In this document: positions 50,202-60,110 of the stretch, in pieces | Layout of the letters: every line of letters starts with the position of its first letter | Numbering within the stretch: the first letter of the stretch is position 1 | Source of the DNA: Candidatus Nanosynbacter sp. | GTDB taxonomy: Bacteria > Patescibacteriota > Saccharimonadia > Saccharimonadales > Saccharimonadaceae | Direction of reading: 5' to 3' | Assembly: GCA_015257665.1 (NCBI GenBank) | Contig: JABZJS010000001.1 | Coordinates: forward strand, 155,526 to 219,525 | DNA length: 64,000 nucleotides | Translations under genes and position numbers: made by a program | Notes under the pieces: generated by a model | Seen by the model: the letters and a program-made list of their open reading frames with translations, nothing else | Database searches by the model: none | Told to the model about the DNA's origin: nothing

Positions 50202-50399
50202 AGTGCATATAACTGTAGCAAAATTATCAAAAAATCACAAGAGTTGACCTCTGAAGCGTGTGTGTCTCTGTATTATAAAAAATAGGTAACTATACAATTC
50301 CAGAAGTGCTCTGTGCTATACAGGCATAATGGTCTCACGCAGGATAAAAGCTATATACTAAAGACTTTGCTATGTAAAAATAGCCCCATAGAGTATTTT

Positions 50400-51074
50400 T
50401 TACTGAAGTTTTGCGTTAATGATCGAGAGGATCTCACGTTGTATCTCATGAGGCGACTTATGTGCGCCGCTATCGCTCATACACTGAATTATAGGCACCT
50501 GGTAATCTTTAGCGAGGACACCATAGCCAGCATGGACGCGCTGCTGGAAATCATTACCTTGTGACTCGAACGTGTCTGGCGTCGTGAGTGGGCCTCGCTG
50601 CTGGATGCGATGCATACGCTCCTGTTCGTTATTAAGCATAAGAATAATGAGATGATCCGGCGCAAGGTAGCGCTGACTGGTAAATAAAGCAGTAACGTGC
50701 CGAATATGTTCTTGGCTCAGACCTTCGCCATACCCCTGATATGCGAGTGTTGAAAAATAATTGCGCGACGCGAGGACGGTTTCGCTGCGCTCCAGCGCCG
50801 GCTGAATCATATGCTGCCATAGTTCGCGTCGGGCAGTGCTGAGCAGCGCAAGGTTGATCTCTGGGTCGCGACGGAGATCGCCGTTTTTGATAACAGTGCG
50901 GAGATAGTGAGCAATTGGCGTGGTTTGGGCTGGGTCATCGCTGCTTGGCTCCTCGACAACCGTCACTGAATGGCCTTGGGCTCGATAGTGCTTCGCAAGG
51001 AGATCGATCTGGGTGGATTTGCCCGTGCCATCGATCCCTTCAATAACAATGTAGCTCCCTCGCTGCTTCGGCAT
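50400..51074 (-). CDS. tmk: Thymidylate kinase
   Basis: IVIEGIDGTGKSTQ P-loop and DRY-like motifs. Confidence 0.9.
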   Translation of the reverse strand: MPKQRGSYIVIEGIDGTGKSTQIDLLAKHYRAQGHSVTVVEEPSSDDPAQTTPIAHYLRTVIKNGDLRRDPEINLALLSTARRELWQHMIQPALERSETVLASRNYFSTLAYQGYGEGLSQEHIRHVTALFTSQRYLAPDHLIILMLNNEQERMHRIQQRGPLTTPDTFESQGNDFQQRVHAGYGVLAKDYQVPIIQCMSDSGAHKSPHEIQREILSIINAKLQ

Positions 51075-51517
51075 TAGCGCATTATCCTGAAGTAAGGTTT
51101 GCGAAGATATATCATTACGTTCTTTTGCTTGTCATCAATCTTGATAAGGTGGGTGTGCTGATGGCCAATTGACTTACTTATTGCGCTCGGTGCTCGCCCA
51201 TAGAATGAATAGCCTTTTGCCTCATACTCTGTTATTGCAGTAAGACAACACTGCTGCTCTTCAGGCAGAAGTTCGTGGAATGCTACGACGTGCCGTCGTG
51301 GGATAACCATTAGCTGGTCAATGACGCCATAATTATCCCAATTATCGTATGGATAACGGTTCTTGATAACAAGACAGTGTTGACGCGCCTCAACGACCTG
51401 TGCGCCACCGTCGCGAACGAGTGTACAAAAAGCACGACCTTTGCCGTGCTCTCGTTGACTGTCGTCGCTATATCGCTTGGCAGTTGCACGGTCCCGAAAA
51501 AACGATGCGCTAAGCAT
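51074..51517 (-). CDS. HIT-family protein
   Basis: Histidine triad HQHTHLI, IKNRYPY. Confidence 0.6.
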   Translation of the reverse strand: MLSASFFRDRATAKRYSDDSQREHGKGRAFCTLVRDGGAQVVEARQHCLVIKNRYPYDNWDNYGVIDQLMVIPRRHVVAFHELLPEEQQCCLTAITEYEAKGYSFYGRAPSAISKSIGHQHTHLIKIDDKQKNVMIYLRKPYFRIMR

Positions 51518-52263
51518 TAGTATAGCCCCTCCGCCAAACCCTCAACGGGGGCTGGCATCGCAATTGGCGAAGCATAGGCTCGCGGCAGGAGCATGCGTGG
51601 GTGCCAGGCTGCCTTGATGGCAGCGAGGTTGTTGCTTGTAATTGTTTGGTAGTTCCCTGACGCATGAGCGTACTCTGTCTCTACTGGTCCGGTCGCGCTA
51701 AAGACAATCTGGGCAATGCGATACCCAACTGGCAAAACAATATGCTCGCGCTCATTGAGGTTATGAATCTCCATCGTCCAGCGATTAATGTAGCCAGGGT
51801 CACCCCAACCTGCGCAGTAGCAAGCCGAGATACCAATCCGTCCTGTTGTGCTGCGAGCTTGCATGCTGGTCGTGCCAGGCGGCAAGATGCCAATGAATTC
51901 ATGAGTGTGTGACAGGATGCGCTCATTTGGCCGCAGGACGATCACTGGATGGTCGTCTGGGATGTTGGCAAGCGCCGTGAGCTGAGCAATCGGCTGGCTC
52001 GCAATATGGTTGCGCACACTGTGCCACGGTTTCGCAATTTTGTATTCACCAAAGTAGCGCTCGACATCTGCTTGATCGAATGGATTAAATAGCTCGTCGT
52101 CTTGCTCGTTACCGCCAGCGTGATAAAAATAGTAGCCGAGTGTCACATCGACACTACTGCCATTGATGTGGGTTGGCGCAGGGTCACAGATGATATGTCC
52201 AGCGCGGAGGGCTGCCTTGATTTCGCTATCACTATAGATACTGGTTGGCATTACTGGGTGCAT
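51517..52263 (-). CDS. dcd: dCTP deaminase family protein
   Basis: INGSSVDVTLG and STTGRIGI...GWGDPGY...EIHN motifs align with Dcd; start uncertain (M at 52272 or 52263). Confidence 0.7.
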   Translation of the reverse strand: MHPVMPTSIYSDSEIKAALRAGHIICDPAPTHINGSSVDVTLGYYFYHAGGNEQDDELFNPFDQADVERYFGEYKIAKPWHSVRNHIASQPIAQLTALANIPDDHPVIVLRPNERILSHTHEFIGILPPGTTSMQARSTTGRIGISACYCAGWGDPGYINRWTMEIHNLNEREHIVLPVGYRIAQIVFSATGPVETEYAHASGNYQTITSNNLAAIKAAWHPRMLLPRAYASPIAMPAPVEGLAEGLY

Positions 52264-52319
52264 ATGTCTCATTATACGGCTTTTGCTGGTCGACACAAGC
52301 AATATGCTATGATACGAAT

Positions 52320-52829
52320 ATGACGCTATATAAAAAATCGTTATCCATAGTTGTTGCGTATGATCGTCAGCGTGGTATTGGTGTAGGTGGTGCCCTGCCC
52401 TGGGGGCGAAGCCTTCCGGCTGATCTTGCACACTTCAAACAACTAACAACCGGTGGCAGTATTATCATGGGGCGCACAACATTTGAATCAATTGGCTCCA
52501 GGCCATTACCTCAACGTGAAAATATTGTCATATCGCGCACTCCAACGCAGGTACACGGCGTGCTAACAGCGGTATCACTTGAAGCGGCGGTAGCCTTGAG
52601 TCGATACCAGCCTTGGATTATTGGTGGCGGGCAATTGTATCGTTATGCATTGCCGTATGTCACAACCATTTACGCAACGGAGGTTGATGCGATGTTTTCC
52701 CGTGCTGATGTATTCTTTCCCTGTTTGGCCCGCGAACAGTGGCGCGAAGTGCATCGGGTACACCACCCTGCCGACAGTGCTAATGCATATGCCTTTGATT
52801 TTGTAGAATACAGTCGAATAAACGATTGA
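52320..52829 (+). CDS. folA: Dihydrofolate reductase
   Basis: SIVVAYDRQRGIGVGGALPW...GRTTFESIG...IIGGGQLY. Confidence 0.85.
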   Translation: MTLYKKSLSIVVAYDRQRGIGVGGALPWGRSLPADLAHFKQLTTGGSIIMGRTTFESIGSRPLPQRENIVISRTPTQVHGVLTAVSLEAAVALSRYQPWIIGGGQLYRYALPYVTTIYATEVDAMFSRADVFFPCLAREQWREVHRVHHPADSANAYAFDFVEYSRIND

Positions 52830-52875
52830 CAAATAGGTATACGGGGTATTCTGCTCCCAATATAATGGTTCTCTA

Positions 52876-53814
52876 TTATACGGCAATTGGTGCCTTGATT
52901 GCAGGATGAGAATGGTAGCCATCGAGTCGGATATCGTCGAAGGTGAAGTCGTCAATGCGGGTGATTGCTGGGTTGAGCCACAGTGTTGGTAGCGAAAGTG
53001 GCTGCCGAGTAAGTTGTTCTTCAACTTGATCAAGATGATTGAGATATAAGTGGGTATCTGCCATCGTATGAATAAACTCACCTGGCTGAGTCTGTGTCAC
53101 ATGGGCAACCATGCTAAGGAGGAGCGCGTATGAGGCGATATTAAAAGGCACTCCGAGAAAGGCATCAGCAGAACGCTGATAGAGATGGAGGTCGAGAATG
53201 TCTTTTTCGTCAGTTGGCGTTGAGCGCACATTGAATTGAAAAAGCGTGTGACATGGTGGTAACCCGCCAATCGCGACAATATCATCTATCTCAGCCACGT
53301 TCCAGGCACTAACAATATTTCTCCGTGATGACGGTTGATGGATAATCGTATCAATTGCCTGCTGAATCTGATCGACCTCTCCGCCCTTGCCATCTGGCCA
53401 TTTCCGCCATTGAACACCATAGACCGGACCAAGATTACCCCAGCGCATTGCAAAATCATGATCGGTCGCGATACGCTGAATAAATTCACGCAGCTGCGTT
53501 TGCCATGCTGAAGAATTTGCTTTGGGTAGTGGTATATTGTTGTGCAGACAATATGCTTTGAAAGGCCATTCGTCCCAAATATGGACATTGTGCTGCGCCA
53601 AATATTCAATATTCCCACTCCCCTGAAGAAACCACAAGAGTTCATGCACAACGCTACGAAAATATAGTTTCTTTGTTGTAACAGCCGGAAAACCTTGAGA
53701 CAGGTTATAACGAACTTGCCGACCAAAGACACTCCGTGTGCCAACCCCAGTCCGATCATCCTTCGTTGTCCCGTTATCACGAATATCGCGAAGAAGATCT
53801 AGATATTGCTTCAT
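52876..53814 (-). CDS. thyA: Thymidylate synthase (ThyA)
   Basis: [11 protein letters not shown], catalytic [10 protein letters not shown], and [20 protein letters not shown]. Confidence 0.9.
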   Translation of the reverse strand: MKQYLDLLRDIRDNGTTKDDRTGVGTRSVFGRQVRYNLSQGFPAVTTKKLYFRSVVHELLWFLQGSGNIEYLAQHNVHIWDEWPFKAYCLHNNIPLPKANSSAWQTQLREFIQRIATDHDFAMRWGNLGPVYGVQWRKWPDGKGGEVDQIQQAIDTIIHQPSSRRNIVSAWNVAEIDDIVAIGGLPPCHTLFQFNVRSTPTDEKDILDLHLYQRSADAFLGVPFNIASYALLLSMVAHVTQTQPGEFIHTMADTHLYLNHLDQVEEQLTRQPLSLPTLWLNPAITRIDDFTFDDIRLDGYHSHPAIKAPIAV

Positions 53815-53855
53815 ATCACCTCCTGTCTATAAATTAGTGCAAAATACCCCTCACC

Positions 53856-54365
53856 CTATATATCAATCTTTCGCAAAACGGATTCAGACGGTATAATGCC
53901 CTTTGTAATATAACCTGCAAAGATCCGCCCAGCTTGTTCTCCCGTAAATACCTCTTCTGGATGAATACGTATCGTAAATGGTTCGCCATCACGCTGCCAG
54001 GTGAGTGGAACGAATCGCTCTTTATCAGCCACTGGCTTTCGGGCAATCACATAGTGAATATATGGATACTGAGCTGTGTGATTGTCTGGATCTGGCACGC
54101 GCACTTCTATAGTCATGCCGGTATTCGACCCAGCACATTGCATGTAGTAGCCATCAGCCAAGCTATCCTTTGGCACATTCTTTGGATGGTCAATACCATC
54201 TGGCAAGGCCCACACGCAGATACTAAAGCAGCGGTTGCCATCAAGGACAGTTGGGTCGGCAATAGCCTGGCTCACCTTTTGTGCAACCTGCTCTGGTGTC
54301 TGTGGCTGCAAAAATCGCTCAAGATAACCAACACTACCAACGAGCGAGTAGACATATTTTTTCAT
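53856..54365 (-). CDS. Hypothetical protein
   Basis: 169-aa ORF. Confidence 0.45.
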   Translation of the reverse strand: MKKYVYSLVGSVGYLERFLQPQTPEQVAQKVSQAIADPTVLDGNRCFSICVWALPDGIDHPKNVPKDSLADGYYMQCAGSNTGMTIEVRVPDPDNHTAQYPYIHYVIARKPVADKERFVPLTWQRDGEPFTIRIHPEEVFTGEQAGRIFAGYITKGIIPSESVLRKIDI

Positions 54366-54509
54366 ATAGCACCTCCGTTATTATGGTGATGAATGAATTG
54401 TATGAGAGTATCACCACTCATTCCATCATACCATGCATAGGTAGGCACATAAATAATACTGCCAGCTTCCCCGACTGGCAGTATTATAGCGAGTGCTATA
54501 CGCTTATTA

Positions 54510-55490
54510 CTAGTCGAGCTTGTGCTCAACCTTGATGCCGGGCCCCATCGTCGTTGCAGCTGCGATGGATTTGACATACACACCCTTGAGTGAGCTTGGC
54601 TTTTGAGCTTGCAAGCTTGCGAAGAAGGCATCGGCGTTAGCGCGGAGCTTCTCTGTACCAAAGCTTACCTTGCCGATACTGAGGTGAATCGCGGCTTGCT
54701 TGTCTACGCGGTACTCCACCTTACCAGCTTTTGCCTCAGTGACGGCAGTTGCAATGTCAGTTGTTACAGTACCGCTCTTTGGGTTAGGCATCAAACCCTT
54801 TGGCCCAAGCAGACGGGCGTATTTACCAAGCTTTGGCATGTACTGTGGGGTGGCGATCAAAACGTCAAAGTCTAACGTGCCTTTGTCGAGCAGCTTGATG
54901 ATAACCTCTTCGCCAGCAATGTCTGCCCCTGCTTTGGTGGCAGTTGCAACCTCAGCTTCTGGCGCAAAAACGGCAACGCGAACAGTTTTACCTGTGCCGT
55001 GTGGCAAGACAACTGTCGAGCGGATATTTTGATCAGCCTGGCGTGGATCAACACCAAGGCGGACGTGCAGCTCAACACTCGCATCAAACTTAGCAGGATT
55101 AGTCTCAGTCGCAAGCTGGAGTGCTTCGTCTAGCGAGTACACCTTATCTTTTTTAACCTTCTCAGCTAGTTTTCGATAGGCCTTGCCGCGGCGCTCAATC
55201 AGTGGGCGAACCTTTGGCGCGGGCCCTTTCTTGATAGCTGCATCGACATCACCCTGAGGCGTTGTATCGCCAGCCTCTTTGCGGGCTTCTTTCTCAGCCT
55301 TCGCTTCGGCCTCGTCGAGAGCCTTTTGGCTACGCTTACCAGCCTTTGCCACGGTGGCTTCGCGCTGAGCAATGACATCCTTATCGTTTGCGGCAGCGAT
55401 GGCTGCCTCAATCTCTGCAATAGTGTTTTTTTCTGAAACATCGAGTTTCAGCTCTGCTGCTTTTTCAAGCAGATCGGCTTTTTTTGCCAT
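54510..55490 (-). CDS. rplA: 50S ribosomal protein L1 with an ~95-aa Lys/Ala/Glu-rich N-terminal extension
   Basis: L1 core GKAYRKLAEKV...VLPHGTGKTVRVAVFA...GLMPNPKSGTVT aligns with E. coli L1 from residue ~96; the ATG at 55490 gives MAKKADLLEK... Confidence 0.85.
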   Translation of the reverse strand: MAKKADLLEKAAELKLDVSEKNTIAEIEAAIAAANDKDVIAQREATVAKAGKRSQKALDEAEAKAEKEARKEAGDTTPQGDVDAAIKKGPAPKVRPLIERRGKAYRKLAEKVKKDKVYSLDEALQLATETNPAKFDASVELHVRLGVDPRQADQNIRSTVVLPHGTGKTVRVAVFAPEAEVATATKAGADIAGEEVIIKLLDKGTLDFDVLIATPQYMPKLGKYARLLGPKGLMPNPKSGTVTTDIATAVTEAKAGKVEYRVDKQAAIHLSIGKVSFGTEKLRANADAFFASLQAQKPSSLKGVYVKSIAAATTMGPGIKVEHKLD

Positions 55491-55645
55491 AGTACCCTTT
55501 CTGTGGTGCAAGCGGCTTGGGTGCCTCCCACGATTACTCATTAACCTTTCTAGTATAGCATATATGGGCCCTGCAGCATGAGATAATAAGCTTGTACAAT
55601 GCGAAAAAACAGAGTAGTTATTTTGAGCACGCATCACCAATTGTG

Positions 55646-57607
55646 CTATAATAAGAGACGTTGTCGGGGTGTAGCGCAGCTGGTAGCGCGTACGGCTGGG
55701 GGCCGTGAGGTCGCAAGTTCAAGTCTTGTCACCCCGACCATTGAGTCAACACTCAAACCCACGTCATGGAAGCCCCATGACGTGGGTTTTTGCTTGTTTT
55801 TGCTGGGTTTTGGGGCAGGAAGGCCATCATCTGGCAGACCGTACAAGCCTGGCCCTTCTGACACCGAGACGACGATGTCACTTGGCTGGCTCAATGTGAC
55901 TTCGTCGTCTCCAGAGGCTTCCAGGCTGTCGCCATCTCCTACCTCCACACCCTCTTTGCTCAGGCACGGCTCTCCTCCTCTCACCCCCAGCACCCCATCA
56001 AACGGTGGCTGGTAGCGCACCATCGCAGTGAGCAGCCCAGTCTCGTCGTCTGGTGTGATGTACACCTTGTCGAAGAGCACCTGGTTGAGCATGCGCCGGA
56101 TGTGCTCAGGAGCCTGCCGGTAGGCGGTGGCCATGTGCTGGGCAATATCTAACGCTTGCCCGACCAAGGCCTGCCGCTCTGTCATCTCACCCTCCAGCCC
56201 CGTCATCTGCCGCTCCACACCGCACAGCTCACGGCTTATCCGGCTTTGCTCACGCTTGAGGACGTCAAGCGGAATGGCGTCGGCGTAGTGAGCTTGGAGG
56301 AGCTTGTCTCGCTCCCGTTCGAGCCGTCGCCGCACGGTCTTCGCTTCCGTCAGCCGCTGAGTCGACTCTGCTACCAGCATGGCCACCTGCCGCTGCAGGG
56401 CGGTTTCGAGGACAGCTCGCTGCCCAGGCCGCAACGCCACTCGGTCGTAGAGCCGGACGATCTCATCCTCAATCTGCTCCGCCAACGTTGCCCGAAACAA
56501 GCACTGCGGCTGCTTCTTGGAGTGCCGCCCCAAGCAGACGAAGTACTCATACACCACACCGCGGGGCTTCACATTCGTCACGATGAGACGGGAACCACAG
56601 ATCCCGCAGTAGATCGTCGACTTCAGGTAGTGCGCGTGCTTGACCGTCCGCTCACCGTTGACGCGGGTGGCCAGCAGCGTCTGCACCGACTCGTACGTCG
56701 CCCGATCCACCAAGGGCTCATGGCTCCCGGCATAGTGCACCCCTTGGTAGACCACCTCACCGACGTAGAAGGGATTGTGGAGCACCTTGCTGAGTAGCTG
56801 CACCGTCACCGGCTTCTCCGGCAGTGAGGCGGTCGGCACGGTGGTCAGGCCGCGCAGCGTCAACTCTTCGGCCAAGCGCCTGAGCGTCCACTCCCCACTG
56901 GCGTAGGCCGCAAAGGCCCAGGCCACCAGCGGCCCACGTACCTCATCCACCACCACAATGCGCGCCTCCTGGCCATTCTTCGTCGTGATGACGTTGCGGT
57001 AACCCAGCGGTGCTCGGCCGATGCAGCCACCACCCCGCACTTTCTCAGCCATGCCTTTCTTCACCTCATTGGAGAGGTTCTTGGAGTAGAACTCAGCGAT
57101 ACTGGCCATAATGCCGTGAACCAGCAGCCCACCGGGCGTCTGATCGATATTCTCGCTGGTCGACACCAGCCGAACGCCGAGCTCATCGAAGCGTTTACCC
57201 AAGGTGGTGTCGTCGTAGCGGTTGCGCACCAGGCGGTCGAGTTTGTGGACGATGACGTAGTCGACCGGCCGCCCCGACCGAGCCTCCTCCTCCAGGTAGG
57301 TCAGCATCGCCTGGAGAGCCGGGCGCCGCGTGGTAGTGGCGCTGACACCACCTTCGGTGAACTCCTTGCCGATGATGGCGCCGATGCTCATCGCCTTGCG
57401 CTTGTTGGCCGACCGCTGGGCCGGGATGGAGAAGCCCTCCTCACGGCCGCCCCGCCGGGCCTGCTCGCGGGTAGAGACGCGCAGGTAGGACACGGCGCGC
57501 CGGGGAGTCAGCTCCTGGGCCAGCTGCTCGGCCGAGTTTTGGATGGTGGGAGAAGGGGCGGTAGCGCGCCCTGTTGCTCCATAATTAGGTGATAGCGTAT
57601 TGCTCAT
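55646..57607 (-). CDS. Large serine recombinase (integrase of the tRNA-Pro-inserted element)
   Basis: 653 aa; N-terminal resolvase domain AVSYLRVSTREQ (catalytic Ser), recombinase domain, zinc ribbon CGICGSRLIV...CLGRHSKKQPQC and coiled coil. The 3' end of the ORF runs through the tRNA-Pro sequence, consistent with integration into the tRNA 3' end; ~65 % GC. Confidence 0.9.
   Translation of the reverse strand: MSNTLSPNYGATGRATAPSPTIQNSAEQLAQELTPRRAVSYLRVSTREQARRGGREEGFSIPAQRSANKRKAMSIGAIIGKEFTEGGVSATTTRRPALQAMLTYLEEEARSGRPVDYVIVHKLDRLVRNRYDDTTLGKRFDELGVRLVSTSENIDQTPGGLLVHGIMASIAEFYSKNLSNEVKKGMAEKVRGGGCIGRAPLGYRNVITTKNGQEARIVVVDEVRGPLVAWAFAAYASGEWTLRRLAEELTLRGLTTVPTASLPEKPVTVQLLSKVLHNPFYVGEVVYQGVHYAGSHEPLVDRATYESVQTLLATRVNGERTVKHAHYLKSTIYCGICGSRLIVTNVKPRGVVYEYFVCLGRHSKKQPQCLFRATLAEQIEDEIVRLYDRVALRPGQRAVLETALQRQVAMLVAESTQRLTEAKTVRRRLERERDKLLQAHYADAIPLDVLKREQSRISRELCGVERQMTGLEGEMTERQALVGQALDIAQHMATAYRQAPEHIRRMLNQVLFDKVYITPDDETGLLTAMVRYQPPFDGVLGVRGGEPCLSKEGVEVGDGDSLEASGDDEVTLSQPSDIVVSVSEGPGLYGLPDDGLPAPKPSKNKQKPTSWGFHDVGLSVDSMVGVTRLELATSRPPAVRATSCATPRQRLLL
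55665..55740 (+). tRNA. tRNA-Pro (anticodon GGG), CCA encoded
   Basis: Acceptor CGGGGTG/CACCCCG, D-arm GCGCAGCTGGTAGCGC, anticodon loop CTGGGGG, T-loop TTCAAGT, 3' ACCA. Confidence 0.8.
55757..55795 (+). terminator. Rho-independent terminator after tRNA-Pro
   Basis: aaacccacgtcatgg / ccatgacgtgggttt hairpin followed by ttgcttgtttttg. Confidence 0.55.
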
Positions 57608-57781
57608 TGTTTACTCCTTTCATAGTAGGTAATGTTGATTCACTTCGCTCTTTCTAGTAACGCTCCACATCGAGAAAATGTCCAGTCATCACACCGATAT
57701 CACCACACATTCACACGAGACACCGAGAGGGAGGCACTATAGGTAATTGACAGCCACCAACTCAAAGGATACACTTATAGT

Positions 57782-58162
57782 ATGCGTAAATCTCATAGGT
57801 CACACCAAGATGCTCGGCCATCATGTTCCTCTCGCCACGGTGAGTGCTATACCGAACAGCCGGAGGTTGGTGCTACGATCGGGCGCCATGCCGTAGATCT
57901 CGCATCTCCGGACAGCACAGGAGCGACAAGCACAGCCACAGAAACAACCAAGGACGCTGTCACCACGATGGACGCTGAAGCAACGCCTTCCACCACCCCT
58001 GAGGAGTGGGGTAAGCTAACCGAGGAATTCACAGTAACCCTGCACGGCAAGGTTATCCACGCTTTAGTGTACTCGCGCCCTTATGACGACAGATGGACTT
58101 TGTTCACAACTGTTGATGCAGAAACCAATCAGGTCATCAACGCCGAAGTCTCTCTAACGTAG
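57782..58162 (+). CDS. Hypothetical protein (low-GC cargo gene 1)
   Basis: 126-aa ORF (possibly shorter, from MDAEATPST); GC clearly lower than the flanking element. Confidence 0.35.
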   Translation: MRKSHRSHQDARPSCSSRHGECYTEQPEVGATIGRHAVDLASPDSTGATSTATETTKDAVTTMDAEATPSTTPEEWGKLTEEFTVTLHGKVIHALVYSRPYDDRWTLFTTVDAETNQVINAEVSLT

Positions 58163-58179
58163 CCATTCCATCTTTTCTG

Positions 58180-59130
58180 GTGAGGCCTATGACGTCTCAA
58201 GATGATGCAATCGATACCGACCGCCCACCACCCCCTCTTTCTTATCGAATCCCTGCCGCCATTCTCGAATTCATCGGATATTCATCTGCGTTCGTAACGA
58301 TTCTCGGCTATTTTATTGGCCCATTTCCTGAGATTATCCCTCCTCCATGGCGAATCCCCTTAGTGGTTGTCGGGTTCTTGGCTGTGTTGGTCGCCGCATC
58401 GATCACTTCCGCACGAGCCACAACTCGCTACCTATCGCATTTCGACGTTTCTCTCGCCAAGCATCTCGATGATTTCAAAAGCGATGTTGGCAACGCGCTT
58501 GAAGAAGCGACATCCGTGCAAGCGAACGCCGAGGCCATGCGCGCTGCCGGCAAAGAAATTTCCTCGCTCACACACGACCTTCAGAAGTCAGCATTCAAGA
58601 TCAGCAATTCCGACAATCCTCGCGAGTACGCTCGCAATCAGATCCACCAAGCACTCACTCGGTTCGCCCGCACCTATAGCCGTTTGAGCGGGCACGAGAT
58701 GAGAGCTTGTATCAAGATCATCAAGACCGACGACAAAGGCAAACGCGTCGCCGTCACGCTTGCGCGAAGCAACACCACCTTGCTGGACGATGACGAGTAC
58801 AACCTCATCACGCACAACACCGATTTCAAAGCGATCAGTGCTGGTCAGCTGACGTGGCACTCCTCCTCGGTCTCCACCGAGAACGACTACCAAAACTCCA
58901 GCCCGAACCGGCAGTACGAATCTGTTCTCGTCTGGGGGATACGCGATATCGGTAGGCCGCCGCCTACAGATTCCCTTGTCGGCTTCCTCTGTCTCGACTC
59001 AGTCGACGCCGGCGCGATAGACCCAGACAGAGATGCACCTTTCGGCTGGTGGTTCATTGATGCCTTCCGGGCGTTGTGCACGAATGCTCCCGACTCTGTT
59101 TTGGACATCACGTTGTCAAAGAACGATTAA
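58180..59130 (+). CDS. 2-TM membrane-anchored hypothetical protein (low-GC cargo gene 2)
   Basis: 316 aa; two N-terminal TM helices followed by a ~240-aa soluble domain; no recognisable catalytic motif. Confidence 0.5.
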   Translation: MRPMTSQDDAIDTDRPPPPLSYRIPAAILEFIGYSSAFVTILGYFIGPFPEIIPPPWRIPLVVVGFLAVLVAASITSARATTRYLSHFDVSLAKHLDDFKSDVGNALEEATSVQANAEAMRAAGKEISSLTHDLQKSAFKISNSDNPREYARNQIHQALTRFARTYSRLSGHEMRACIKIIKTDDKGKRVAVTLARSNTTLLDDDEYNLITHNTDFKAISAGQLTWHSSSVSTENDYQNSSPNRQYESVLVWGIRDIGRPPPTDSLVGFLCLDSVDAGAIDPDRDAPFGWWFIDAFRALCTNAPDSVLDITLSKND

Positions 59131-59137
59131 CGGTACT

Positions 59138-59935
59138 TCATGTACTCACCGCCCCATTCCGTATCGTCTCCCCGATCTGCTGGTTAGTGATGACAGCGAA
59201 AAGCGCAGCGGGTAGGCGTTGGTCGCTGGCGATGACGCGGCGCAGCTGCTGGCAGCGCGTAGCGCTTGGCACCACCCACAGCACGAGTGGAAAGACACCG
59301 CAGGCTCGCTGCTCGGCCCCACTGGCGTAGTAGGCGGCGTAGCGCTGGCAGGCAGTCAGGACACGGGCGGGGTTCTCGGTGTCGCGGTCGACCTCGATGA
59401 AGTAATGGTCGTCGTAGTGCGGGCTGGTGACGACGGCGTGCAGGTCGGGCCGCAGGGTGAGCTGCTGCCCAGCCGGCCCCAGGTAGGAGCGCCAGCAGCC
59501 TGGCTCGGTGGTGATGGCGGCACTGGCGTCCGTCATGGAGCGAGCGGTCTCGGTTATCTGCACACTGGTCTCGGTGATCGCCAGCAAATGAGCCAAGAAG
59601 CTGATGGACAGGCTGCGCGGGCGCTGCCGACTACGGCTGCCGGTTTGCACGCGGCGCCCACGAGTCGTGAGCGTCCAGATGGAGACGGTAGAGCCGCCCT
59701 GCCAGCCGCCAACCCGTCGCTCCAGGCGGGTGACCAGGTCGTACTCCTGCAGCCGCGCTAGGTGGCGCAGCGTCTGCCGGATAGCGGAGGACAGCGAGCC
59801 ATAAGCCTCAGCTGTCAGGCGGGCCAGCTGGGTCGTCGTCGCGAAGCGGTAGGTGGCCAGCAGCGCCAGGAGCCGATGCGCCGCGGGGTGGTCGCAGGCA
59901 TGGGGAAGATGCTGTCTCATGGTGTCCTCCTCCAT
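59138..59935 (-). CDS. Putative replication-relaxation family protein (winged-helix N-terminus)
   Basis: 265 aa; LLALLATYRFATTTQLARLT...LARLQEYDLVTRLERR pattern typical of plasmid/ICE replication-relaxation proteins. Confidence 0.4.
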   Translation of the reverse strand: MEEDTMRQHLPHACDHPAAHRLLALLATYRFATTTQLARLTAEAYGSLSSAIRQTLRHLARLQEYDLVTRLERRVGGWQGGSTVSIWTLTTRGRRVQTGSRSRQRPRSLSISFLAHLLAITETSVQITETARSMTDASAAITTEPGCWRSYLGPAGQQLTLRPDLHAVVTSPHYDDHYFIEVDRDTENPARVLTACQRYAAYYASGAEQRACGVFPLVLWVVPSATRCQQLRRVIASDQRLPAALFAVITNQQIGETIRNGAVST

Positions 59936-60110
59936 GGTTCGTCCTTCTCCCCCACGGGCCAGTGGTGACGCCAGAACATGGGGTCAGTCACCGCCACTGC
60001 TCGGCCGTATGCCGCGCTATGGCGGGCATTGGTGGCTCGGCTCAGGCCAGCGATCCGTCTGCCGAACCGTCGTGCCAGGCGTCCTGCGAAGGCGGTGCGA
60101 AGCAACGGCA

